Positions 39,101 to 51,619 are shown, counted from the stretch's first letter. The stretch is DNA of 64,000 bases from Phoronis australis (GCA_002633005.1 NMRA01000397.1:311218-375217); one strand, 5' to 3'. Numbers and translations: made by a program. Notes: a model not told the origin generated them from the sequence alone.

Positions 39101-42100
39101 AACGCCTTTGATATGCCCTAACCGTTTTTGATATTCATCAGAAGGGTTAAACTTTTCCAGGGTAAGGTGTTCTTGGGGGCTAACTATGTCAAATTCGCTA
39201 AGCAGCGTCTCTTTTGAGGAAGACGCAATCCATGCCATGGCTCTCTCAAAATGACGGAGTGCATTTTTTAGCCCAGTTCCGTCAATAATGCTTGTATCAA
39301 AGATGGCTTTGATTTTAATAACATTTCCATTATTAAGGATATCTAGTGTAAGTGGATATTCTGTAAATTCGTGATCATAGACATCACTAACTCGAAATTG
39401 CGAAGATGTCAGCGCAGATGTCTTTTCTCTGTTAATTGTGTTATATGACATTACTGTTTCAAAAAGTTTGTGATCCGCGCTTAGCCCACACCATTTCATA
39501 ATATCAGTCATAAACGATTTTTCGTGAGCAAGAATTGTAGTTAGCTTCTCCTGTATGTATTTCAGCCATTCAAAAACGTGGTGATCATGAATCTTCACCC
39601 TCATCGGTAATGTGTTTATAGTAACACCCATAAGTCTGTTTACGTCTTCAATATGAGATGTTCCTCGACCAGAAACAACGAATCCAAAAAGAACATCGTT
39701 CGGATCACATGAGTATTTGTTAACCACAATAGCCCAAGACGCGCACAGAATCGACACTACGGAAATATCATGGCCTTCGGCATATTCGTGCAGCTGGTGC
39801 ATTGTTGCATTTGTTATTGTGAAGTGAATCACTGCGTTACCCTTTCTTGGACTTTCTGGAGGCAAAAAGCGAAGATTGCCGAGTTGGGGCAATTTATGCA
39901 TTTCTTCAGTCCAGAAACCTTCGGCCTTATAGCTACGCTGCTTGAAGTCAACCACTTCTTCAACATATTCTCTAAATTGTGGGGACTTGAGCAACACACC
40001 ATCGTTGTAAGCTAGCAAGACTTCTTGAAGAACATTGAAGCATGTTAGGCCATCTACAATACTATGGTGTGAGGTCATAATTAAACGATGCTTACTTTTT
40101 GAATGCTTAAAAAGCGCAAATCTTAACATTGGCTCCGAGAAATCAAACCCGGAATGGCGATCATAATGAAGGAACTGACTTTCTTTTTCAACTTGCTGCG
40201 CACCTGTGAGATCTGATAAATCCTCCACTATCCACTGGGGTTCGAATGTCTTGCGCACAATTTGCATGCATCCGTTTAATCTGTCAATGATAAAGCGCGT
40301 TCGAAGAATATCATGTCGTAAAATTACTTTCGATATACTACGTTGGAGTTTGTCGTCGTCAAGATATCCGTCGATTGTACAGGACCGTTGTATCAGGTAA
40401 GCAGAAGAATCTTGTAGAAGACTAAACAGAAACCCTTCTTGCACAGGGGTACATGGGTACATGTCAGAAACATGCTCAGCTTGGAGGTCTATCTGAGCAA
40501 GACGTGTTGACAACACGTCATCAAGGTGATTTTGTGACAGCTTCAACAATGGAAAATCAGACGGCGTATATCCAAAAACGTCTCCTTTTGTACAATGCAG
40601 CACCAGATTTGATAAGTTTGCTTTCCATCTAGCTATCCACGACTCAATAGTACTTTGCCTGTGGATATCTGTAGAGAAGAACATCTTCATGCGCAGTTTC
40701 TCATCCTTTAGAAAGCATTCCACAACAATTTTGTGCGTTAGGTTTTCATTTATATCGAACTCATCTTCTCCGCAAGGATAATCGTCAGCAATGTCCCAAA
40801 AGGCGCTTTTTGTCTGAATCTGATCAAATCGACCGTAATAGTTAAACAAGACATCAGACTTTGGGACTATGGGCTCTTGTGAAGTCTTTATGAGCTTCAA
40901 AAGCCAAAATGGCATTCCACGTTTCGGAATGCTTCTTATGTTTTCTTTGGTGTACTTCAACGTTCTTTCCATTGTTATTTCTGTCGAAGACCCTCTGCAA
41001 ACTTCCAATTGTAGAGGGAACATTGTCATAAACCAACCAACAGTACGAGAAATGTCAATGGAGTCATCCCATGGCTCACGTCCGTGAGCTTCAACGTCAA
41101 CTTGCAGCTGTTTCTTTCCCATTGTTTCGTTATATGCTAAAATCAGAGATGCTAACAGAAAATCGGTCGTGTTTGTTCTAAAGGCATCGTTGGCCGCTGA
41201 AATCAAATCCGTTGTAATTTTTTCACCCATTTCTTCAACGACAACTCGCCTAGACCTTGCTGTCGGAGAAATAATATCTGCAAAATCTGTAATCAGTGGA
41301 ATCGTTTCTTTAGGACTGGGCCAAACGTTGTCTGAAAGTTTTTGGTTTTGGGCGTATTCTCGTAAAATCAATGACCAATTTTGAAAAGACATGCTTACAC
41401 TCTCTGTGTCTTGTCCATTGTACAATCGCTCCAAGTCTTCCAAGATAATTCGCCATGAAACGAGATCAACGACTAAATGGTGGACAGTGATGAAAATCCT
41501 TTGCGTGGCACCGATACTAAAAAGGCCGACAGCAAGGAGAGGTCCAGTCAATATGTTAAGGGAGTATTTCAAAATACTAATCTCTGTGTCAAGCACGTCG
41601 CTAGAATCGAGATTTTTGGCAACAAAGGAGGTACAGTGAGACTCGTTTATCCTTTGCGTCCATGAACCGTCTTCATTTTCAGAATATGTGCATCGCAACA
41701 TTTCGTGATTGGAAATTAACTGAGATAATGCCTTCCTAAGTTGCTGTTCATCAACTATTGTCTTTGGTTTAAGAAGAAAAGACTGGTTCCAGAAATTTGG
41801 AGTCTTAAATCTCTGCTCGAAAAACCAAATTTGCGCGGGAGTGAGTTGAACAAAAGGAGATGCGGCCAATCTTTCTTTGTCTTTGATTCGATTGCAGAAG
41901 CGAAGAGGCTTGGCAGTCATTGCGAGCTGCCCTAGAGAAGGATGTCCCAACACTTGCTGAACAGAGAGGAGCAGATTTTTTTTCCGAGCGGCAGAAACAA
42001 CAGTCATGGCAGAAATAGAATCACCACCGACTTCAAAAAAAGATGAGTCGGGAGAAATTTTCTCAACTGGTACTTTAAACATTTCACTCCATATATTAGC

Positions 42101-44401
42101 TAGGACTAATTCTCTTGGTGTGAAGTGAGTGTGTGTTGAGGATAATTCTTTTGAAGTTTGAATATTTAGATTTTGTTTTTCTAATGTACTTCGTGAATCA
42201 ATTGTAGGAAGCGACTTGCGGTCAACTTTTCCGTTTGCTGTAACTGGAAATGAATCCATCACAATGATAAATGCTGGAATCATGTACGATGGCAAAACAG
42301 TGCCAATTTGTGCTTGCAAATCAGAGACATCTAGTTGTGCATTTTGCTCGTGAATGACATATGCAACGAGTTTTTCCTGAACTTTCAAGACTAACGCGTC
42401 CAAAACGCCTTCCTGGCTCACTAGCGTTGATTCAATTTCCGATAACTCAACGCGGAAACCACGGATCTTAACTTGATTGTCAATGCGCCCACAGAATTCT
42501 ATGTAACCTTCAGGATGAAATCTTCCAAGATCACCAGTCTTGTATATTCTTTCTCCTTTGATGAAGGGACTTGGCAAGAAACGAAACTTAGTTACCTGGG
42601 GATTGTTCACGTAACCCATGGCAACGCCCATTCCACCAATATACAATTCACCTATAACCTGCATCGGTACAGGATTCAAAAACTCATCCAAGACATAATA
42701 CTTCTGATTGGTAAGCGGCATACCATAAGGTATGCTTGTCCAAAGTGGGTTGATATCTTTTATTGGGTAATAAATCGACCAGATGGAACCTTCTGTAGCA
42801 CCACCCTGACTCATTACTTGAATTCCAGGAACCATGGTTCTCAGTTGCGAGGGAAGAGCCAGTGGGATTCTGTCACCACTCAGGATGACAAGACGTAGAG
42901 TTGAAGGCAGCATGTCTCCTTCAGAGTAAAGGTATTCCATGAGGAGACTAAGAACAGCTGGTGCTGAGTCCCACATCGTCACATTATGGTTCTTCATTGT
43001 GGTAACCCAGCAAGCAGGATCTGGGATGCCGCGTACTTCGGGAACTGGAATGACAACCGTGCCACCTGTAGCAAGCATGCCAAAGATGTCGTACACAGAA
43101 AGGTCAAAACTGAGTGAAGCAACCAAGAGGATTTTGTCCCTGGCCGTCACAGAATACCTCTCGTTTATGTCCAGTATTGTGTTTACTGCATTTCTATGAC
43201 TAGTCATGACGCCTTTTGGTCGACCAGTTGAGCCAGACGTATAGATTATATAAGCAAGGTCATCAGGTTTCACTTCAGGTGTGTCGTAGTCAAACGCGTC
43301 ACCTCTCTCGGACAGTACATCATCCAAACACAATACACTATTGCAATATTTCTTCAAAATGACAACCATGGAGGTCTTTGCCAGAATGAGAGATGCTTCT
43401 GAGTTTTCAATCATGTAGCTCAATCTTTCCTCTGGATAGCTCGGGTCGAGTGGAAGGTATGCAAACCCAGCTTTCATGATAGCATACAGACCAATCACCA
43501 TTTCTAATGATGCGTCGACGCTTACTCCAATCACGCGACTCGAGTAGTCATTTCCCATGACAGACAATATTTTCTTGGACAACATAGTTGATCTGTATTC
43601 TAACTCTTTGTATGTCAAACTCTGGTCAGCGCATGCTACTGCAACAGAATTAGGATCGTGGCGGGCTTTCTCTTCAAAAAGCTCGTGCATCAAACATTCA
43701 CTTCTTTTATAGTTCTCGGTGGTGTTGTTGAACTGAAGGAGTGTTTGCTGTTCACTGCATGTGAGCATGGGGACACTCAGAAAGTTTGGATTGCTGTTCT
43801 GAAGATCAGGGATTTGCAACAACAGCAGAAGAAAGTGGTCTCGGAACTGCTCTAGCAAATCATCGCGGCATCGGTGGTCATACCGAAGTGTGCATGCGCA
43901 GTCACAAGGAGATCCAAGAGCCATGGCAAGTGTTATGGCGTATTTTGAAAGAATGTTGATCTTATTGATTTCTCGTGGCAAGTTGAACGCCACGAACGCA
44001 TTACGGCTGTTACGACTGTACTTTGCATGAGCTATAGGGGACTTGTCCAGTTCCAATCTCAAAGATTTGAGAAGATCCGGTAATTGACCGTTGACCCCAC
44101 AAGGCAAGAAGACAGGAGAATACCCTTCGACTTCGCTGGCATCTCTTCCATTGTCGATAGCTTCTGGGTCATGTGTGTCAGCCTCAGCAAATGCTAATTC
44201 AATTGATGGCGATTTCTCTGCACCCTCGTAGCGGATAAGCACAGCGTAGACTAAACACAACAAAGCGTCTATCGTACTATAGCCTAGAGGCGAAGCAATG
44301 TTTGCTAGAATTGTACAAACTTCTCTTCCGACGTTGAAGGATAACTTTTTGTGGTATTCTTCTTCAACATCTTTCGGCCTGTTGTTTCCTTCTTTTGACA
44401 T
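30105..44401 (-). CDS. Multimodular nonribosomal peptide synthetase, giant exon: C(partial)-A1-T1-E1-C2-A2-T2-C3-A3-T3-E2-C4-A(vestigial)-T4-start of TE
   Basis: Three A domains (YTSGSTGRPKG, YTSGTTGLPKG, YTSGTTGKPKG; YKTGD/YNTGD). Four PCPs (GGDSI, GGHSL, GGDSI, GGTSI). C motifs HHSIVDG, HHSVTDG, HHALFDG. Two E domains (HHxxVDLVSW, ExHGRE, SRTVGWF, FNYxG). The two track ORFs join in frame once the 655-nt overlap artefact is removed. Confidence 0.95.
36912..38220. repeat. 654-bp near-identical direct duplication around a single N (37566); probable haplotype-overlap assembly artefact
   Basis: 36912-37565 and 37567-38220 are colinear and differ by scattered substitutions (e.g. K/E, H/R, S/N in the protein). 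The junction is an N. Confidence 0.88.
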
Positions 44402-45286
44402 ACCTGAAATGACAGTAATATTCCAAGCAACAACAAACAATGGTCTTGCAACAATGTACTCGTGTAGGACGTGCATGCAAACATATGTGAACAAAAAGAA
44501 AATGACAGTTTATTATATCGAATCAATATACGATTACTTGGTGAAATGGACTTTCTCCTCGTATGTTGCCGTGTCGTGAAGTTATATAAACTTTTTGTAT
44601 ACTCGCAATAGGTCGTTTTTTCGTCCTATCGACATGAAATCCACGTTAAAATCTCGAGGTCAATTTTTGGGGGGACAAAATCGGTCCAAGAGACGGCGCT
44701 GTGACGGTCATTTTTAAAGAAATCAACTTACCAAGGTTTAGCTCTGTGGTTCTAATCCACAAGTCTGTATTTACACAAATATACATTTTTACTCATCAAA
44801 ATTATATATTTTCTAAAATTATAAGGCGCGTAGAATTTGATGCTTGACCTGATACCAATCTTGAAATAACTGAGTTATATGACCATGTATTTTTAGTAAA
44901 ATTTAGCTAGAACGAAAGGAGCATTCATAGCAAAAACAACTGGTCGAATTTTGTTTAATACAAATGCTCTCAAATACAATGTTACGATTTTGTAAATCAT
45001 CTTTTCGTTTTCGTTTTCGTTTCATAGATCTTTTCGTTTTTTCATAGAAATCTCGAAAAAACAATTGTTGTTAATCTCTCATTTAAATGTGGAAAAGTTT
45101 AAAAATAGTTCTCTTAAGAACAAGTTAAAACTTGTTTTAATTTGTTAATAATCTCTTATGCTAAAGTGGAACAGTTTAAAGATAGCTCTTAACTGCGTTT
45201 TGGAGAACAGATTCATGTTAAATGTTATGTAGGACATGTCAATAAAAACAATGCCGAGCTTAAACTGGCTTGTATGTTTCGGCAAT

Positions 45287-45424
45287 GACGTCATTGGATG
45301 ATTTCAATACTTCCGTCTGCCGTCAGGTGTCAGGTATTGCAACCGAACGTGCCGTTATCGAGTAGAACTACTCGATCTAAATTGATACAAAATGGGTTGT
45401 TTTTTGGGTGGCATTCTCCTTTAA
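45287..45424 (+). mobile_element. Right-end fragment of the same Kolobok-like family, with intact TIR and TTAA
   Basis: Colinear with 27613-27735 (gacgtcattgg...ccgtctgcc.tcaggtgtcaggta...atctaaattgatacaaaat). Ends GGGTGGCATTCTCCT|TTAA. Confidence 0.8.
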
Positions 45425-48400
45425 GAACGTCTTAGAGTATTTATTAAGCGTATAAATTAATTGTTACAACATTCATTTATATTCAATGGCGTAATCCTAA
45501 CAACAACAGCGCAAACCAATCGGTTACAGGTATTATCGTTATATTTAGTTTTCCTACCATTTCATCGTGCAATAAGATCTCCTTTATTTCCGCAAGAGGC
45601 TGTCGTGAACATTTCTGTGTAAAAATACAAGCTTGTGCAACGGTGTTGCCGACAAATCCCGTCTTCGTCCTCTTTCATGGAATTTTAAGGCACAAGAAAT
45701 ATCTTTTGCAAGGGTATGGACAAAAGATTAACTTCTTTTCTTTACTGTGGTCGTTCACCACTGCACGCCGTATTTGGATGACCAATCGGCGAAATCTTCA
45801 CGAACACTAAACGTCGTGGCTACTTTTGAGTGGCTGATACTTGGAACTTCACTTTTAAAGTTATGTAGGACATTATCGACAAGTTGTGTATTTAGCCAAC
45901 TGTCTACATTACTTTACCCCCATGCTTCAATGTATAATGTCGTAAGGTGAGAATTTTCGAAACAAAGATCTGGACCAGTGTTTGGATGGCGTAATAGGGC
46001 ATTTATCTCCGTCCCCAGCCTTTGGTTGAGGGCGCCCCCCGTTTTTGCTCCTGCCTCATCTTCAGCAGATCTATCTTATGTTGATCAATTCCCTGACCTC
46101 CTCGTATTTCTCGTAATTTATATTACATTTGCTGCCCAAATTTTTTCTTGATTTACTCTATATTTTGCTTATATGTATTTCTCCATTACACTGCTCATAT
46201 TTTTTTGTTCTCAATATTTTAAACAAAGACACTTCACAAGTTTGAAATTGACAAAATAATATCAGCATGGTAGTCGACGTCTCGCGTACTTCGTCGGCGC
46301 ACACATGCCCCGTGGGTGTCGCCTCGACCCAAATAATGGTGGCGGAGAAAGTGAATAGTCTTTTTAACGTCTATGTATTTAGCTCATCGCTTGCGACAGT
46401 CGTATAATTCTAACGAAGAACACTTTATATTAACCTTAAACCCTTCACACCATGGTCATAAATGGTTGAATTCGGTTTCCAATAAGTTTAATACTATAGT
46501 TTAAATATTTCCTCTTCAATTTGTGTTCTTTTAATCAAAAAATAAACGCAAAAATTAAAATTCATTTGTGTCGTCATCAGAGCAAGTCCGGTCTCGACCA
46601 TAGTGCTGATGTACACCAGCCGCGAGCCGGAGTGGTCTCGAAAACTAATTTTGGTTGAGTAATATGGAACGTTGTTTGTGCGGAAGATGTAGTAATAGCA
46701 AACAGACAGGCAATATTTCAGCTTTTTCGATTTCGAAATACCCCTGGCACAGGTTCATGCGTCAGACACGGGTATAGCAGTACACAAGGTTTTGTTGGGA
46801 ATGCATGCTGTCCACATACATCAATGCCCAATAGTAGAAAATGGAATGTAGGTGCCAGGCAAATAGTTTGAGGTCACGACCCCAGCCGGTTCAGATCGAG
46901 GCAGGAGTCGCACACAGAACCGATATCATCGCCAAATCATAACGATACAAAGCTTTCGTAAATCTGGATCAGACAAGACAGAAACGAAAGTCATTTACCA
47001 GAATTAAAGTGTAGTTTGCACCAATATTCGAAGAAATGACATCGGCGACTGATATTCGCGACTGGGCTCTGACAGTCACGATAAAAACTTCGCTTAGACA
47101 GTTCGAGACATGTATAACTCGACACTAAAGTGATTAGAAAACTAAAGTAATGGCCACTCTGAAATCAAGAATGTCCGCAGACTAAGTAGTGTCCGACTCG
47201 ACTTTACTCGACGAAAACGCTGGTGCAGGAGGGTCGAGTTTTTACGGCCTGAAACACGCAAAGTATGCCGATGTAGCGAGGTCTATCTCATTATTTGTTT
47301 CACTTATAACCCGAGTGTCGTGTCCACCCAAATCTCTATACCAGTTTTCATATTAATCGTCAAGTTCGCTCTCTAAGTCTTCTTAACTTACGAAATCCAT
47401 GCGCGCACCCAGCCTAAAATATAGGGGGTTCGAATTTTTCGGTATGCGGACCTTTTACTGAAAAAATAACGAGGACTAAAATAAAAAAAACGGAGCCACT
47501 AGGTTCGAGCCCCCCGAGCCCACCATGGGTGCAACCATGAAATCACTACTATTCGCCGTTACATATATACTGTCAACTGAGGAACGTGTTCCACTGATAC
47601 CATCACGTTGCGAGAAAACAAAAAATCGTGAATATTTCTTTGAAATTCAAAATTCCCCAATTATTTCTTAAAACAAGGGAATGTTTAGTTATGTTTTATG
47701 TAATGAAATTTTTAAATACCGTCTACTACCTCAAAAAGTGCAAAAATCCATTGCAGGAACGTTTTAAGTTGCGGCTCGCTATTTCACTCAAATGACTATC
47801 ATTCCATTAACAAGAAATTGCATTAGGCGATGTTGTTGGTAAATAATCGTGTTAGAACAGTTTTAACGCTCTGTGATGGCTGAGTATGGATGAATAATAT
47901 TCTTACAAGTGAGATATAACTATATTACATGAACAGTTTCCGAACATACGCCCCCCCCCACCAGTCAGGAAACACGTCAGGGCATATATTCGGTTTCATT
48001 TGACGTTTTTAAAGGTCGTTTTCCTAGCAACTGCCCATGGACAATTTTTTTTTCAAAATTCCTGGTACTGACTGCCAAACTCCCGTGAGTTGAAGTATCG
48101 TAAATTAAGAACGCGTACGCAGACCACGGCTGAATTGAGTGTTGGAGCATTAAGAACGTGTATGCAGACCCCAGCTGAACTGACTGTTGGAACATGACAC
48201 GGTTGCACACGTTGAAATTTTTATCCGCCTTGCATTTACGTAAATTAGTTCATTAAATAACTAAAGACGACGCTATCATAACATACATTTCTATTAATGA
48301 AAATGCTCAAAACATCAACCATATTAATATAAAGATTAGTACGGAACGTCAGCGCAGTGAGTTCTCCATCATCGATAATGCAAACAATTTAGGGAGAATA

Positions 48401-51400
48401 ATAGTGCGTGAAATATAATGATTACTAATGATCAGTGGAAACGGGGAGAAAATTGAGTGCACACAGTCATGTGACATTTATTTCAAAATTTCCCCACGTT
48501 TCGAGCGATGCGCTTTTTGTCAAGGGTGTGCTACAGACTGCTGAGTACAAGTAGAAGTTTTTACTAGTTTTACTATTTTATACTTTTATTGGTCGGTAAC
48601 TGCACGGCATTCCAATATCTATTTGATATTGACATTTATTTCGATAATGATTTTCAGCACTTCGATAAAGTTGACTATGAAACTCGAACAACGAGACTTT
48701 GATGTTTTGCAAATTCCCTAATGATTTGTAGTTGTCTAATGTATATTCGTTATAGTAACAAGCGCCTTTTTCATTATCATCAGCAGCATATGTATTTTCT
48801 CAAATGACCTGGAATGTGTTATAACACGACTAGTTAATAACACCGAGTATGTAATTTTTGATATTACATGGGCAACTCACAAAGTAGTGCAAGGTAGGCA
48901 TCCATGCGTCTTACATTTTATCGTCTACAAAACACTAAAACAACCAAACGTTCGCCAAACAAGCAATACCGGAATTCCAAGAAAACGACGAGGTTATTAT
49001 GATTGACAAATCGGGTGTGGAAACTTTACGTACCCCCAGTTGGAAGGACATGCAAACAACTTTTTAAACAGACCCTTCTTCGGCGGCGAATTCCATCCTC
49101 GTTCATTCAAACGGAGACGAGTTCTAACTCAAGAAACGCGGCGAGACTGTCTAGCTGAGCTTCTCAAGGTCAATTTAGTGCACACGCGCGAGGAAGCCTC
49201 GAGATTTTGACGAAATTTCCAAGAGGTTTTGCCCGTGTCATAAACCTGAGACTCGTGTAGGATTCTCAATGTAATAACAATCAGTATTTAGATAAAACTG
49301 GGCTTACTTGACACTTCAGAATGAAAAAACAATTTTAATTGTTTATATTTAATTTGTTAAAACAAATCAAATATAAACATAACTACGTCTATGCTCGTAT
49401 GCTAACTGAACAAATTTGGCAAATTTTTCTAGGAAAATATTCAAATCATTTTAATCATTTTACTGTGGGTTCATATGAAACGTTAGGTACTTGGATAGTT
49501 ATATTAGAAATACCATGAAGTGCACTGCAAAAGGTGAGCAGATTTTTAAATCTAAAAGAAATAATTTCTCACTGCAGTTTGGTCTTAGCCTGAGAAATAA
49601 ATTTCATGAAATACGGATAAGTTGTACAAGAGATAAACAAGTTTAATACAATATGTACAATATGCTCCGTACACTATAACTAACCTGAGCGCAAACGAAG
49701 ACTCGTTTAAAACTGCAAACTGCACTTACCGAAGTGTTCACGTAATGTGAATTAGATGTTAAGAGTTCTGTTGCATAGGAAATCTTTGAAAGACAACAGC
49801 GAAATACAAAGGAAATTTGATTCTGAAAACCGGAATTTCTGGTTCCACAGTTTGATCCTGATCGATCTCAACGGCTCAGAATCACTTCCTTATAATGATC
49901 ACCTAACCTCGGCTTGTATTTATTGCGTGCCGCCATACCCTCACCTTCTATGATGTGGGCCGCATCTCAAGTCTTTTTATCACGTGACCGTATCTCGGGG
50001 GGCTTCATTTTTCTTATTTGGCTAGTATTTGAATTGCATATTTTTTGTAAAAACAGATTTTTATTTACCAAAAGGTGTCGCTGTGTGCTGCCTCACAATT
50101 TGACAAGGTTTAAAAAGGCCATATTCATTAACATACTGAAAAATGCTGTAATCAATTATATCTATCTGAAACAAATAATTCAAAATATAAAAAATAATCC
50201 TAGTCTTGCTCAAATGAAATTAAGGCTTTCACTTTCATAAAATCAATTTGATAACATCTTTCTCACCGCGTACATGCATCGTTTTCAAATTCGCACTTTT
50301 GGGGTTGACCAACTCCACTAAAGTATGTTTTCTTCAGTCGATGATGGTTTCGATGTTCTCGATGCAAAATGGAAATGAAACCCTATCACGACAATCAAAG
50401 TAAATGCCTCATTCGACTTCCATGTTTTTTAACCATTTAGACATTGCGAAATGCAAATTTTGAGTGTGTGCGTGAGGGCGGGCGCGTGTGTGTTGAACAT
50501 CCTACTCATTGCTACACTCTTTCGTTATTAGTACGGCAATAAAGCCGCCTTCTGTCACAAAACAGTTTTTGATTTAGATCAATAACTGTTCTGAAATTGG
50601 TATCAGATGTTTTCTCAGTCGACACAGGTTTCTCATCTTCCTTTGGAAAGAAGAGGCAGGCCAATTTTGCTTGAGACTAGGCTCTACAAAATGACTTGTN
50701 CACGTCCTGGCGCTTTATTCTCCGACTGAGAAATAACTTAGTTATTTACAAGACCAAAAATAAAATCTCTCTGAGAAAGAAACAAGCTGAAAATTTAAAG
50801 AGGTTAGTCGTCAAAATTGACACAGGTTTATTGCCTCTTCGGTAGTATCACTCGTTTTATTTGATCATATGCAACTCAGTAGCGCATCGTTGAGGTGTAA
50901 TCAGTTTACTATTATACCCTTCGCACTAGGAAACAACTTGACAATTTGCCTATGCGTCTTCTGCAGCAGGTACCACCATAGTCATCATCATTTTCTTCAA
51001 CTCAAAATTGCCGGTGCCGCTCTCTAACGCCTTCTTATTATTTATTCTTCCTCTTAACGCTTACACACTTCTTCTCTAATTTGATTCTCTTATCAGACGA
51101 AGCAGGTGCGAAGACGTATGAATATCTTTTAACGACAGATAAGGTAGAACCGAAACATAACATTTAAGGTTTAAAAAATACATCTGATTACCTTATCAGG
51201 TAAAGCAGCTGCTTTGTCACAGTGACCTCTTTAAGGACAATCATTCTGGGGTTTACTCCCGAATAACGTATGTTGAGGACTATTTAATTGGATGTGATAG
51301 AGTTCCTGAACTTATTAGCTTAGTACAGAATTATAAAACTATAAAATCCGATGTTTTTGTGATTATACTACAAATAGCCAATACTAACCGTTGTCTGCCA

Positions 51401-51577
51401 GACATTCGCTTTGATAAAACCCAGTGATTTTATCTGATAAAAGTCTCTAAAGACTGTTTCAGTAGATAAAGTTTGTAATACCTTTGGAGTTTTCGTGAGT
51501 GCAAAGGTTTTGAGAAAAAAAAAACAATGATTAAGTCATACTGCGTTACCGGCTTCAGAAGCAATTAAAATAATTGA

Positions 51578-51578
<1 letters not shown>

Positions 51579-51608
<30 letters not shown>
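51579..51608. repeat. (TA)n microsatellite
   Basis: Direct inspection. Confidence 0.9.
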
Positions 51609-51612
<4 letters not shown>

Positions 51613-51619
51613 ACTCAAT

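Noticed and set aside
29063-44401. NRPS as bacterial or symbiont contamination
   Set aside because: It has a spliceosomal intron, a FAS-like TE and apparent allelic variants. No operonic neighbours are present, and the flanks are non-coding with host repeats on both sides. Not formally excluded without read data.
29063-44401. ACV synthetase (beta-lactam pathway)
   Set aside because: ACVS is A-T-C-A-T-C-A-T-E-TE with Cys in module 2. Here there are two E domains, the Cys-type A is first, there is an extra C-T, and no IPNS is seen in the window.
29104-44579. Many short plus-strand ORFs overlapping the NRPS
   Set aside because: Antisense shadows of a long coding sequence with no domain signal.
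50690-50710. Second single N at 50700
   Set aside because: A contig junction with no visible flanking duplication or feature.
51140-51570. Patchy similarity to 26780-27180
   Set aside because: Probably another decayed, rearranged fragment of the Kolobok-like internal sequence; boundaries cannot be defined by eye.
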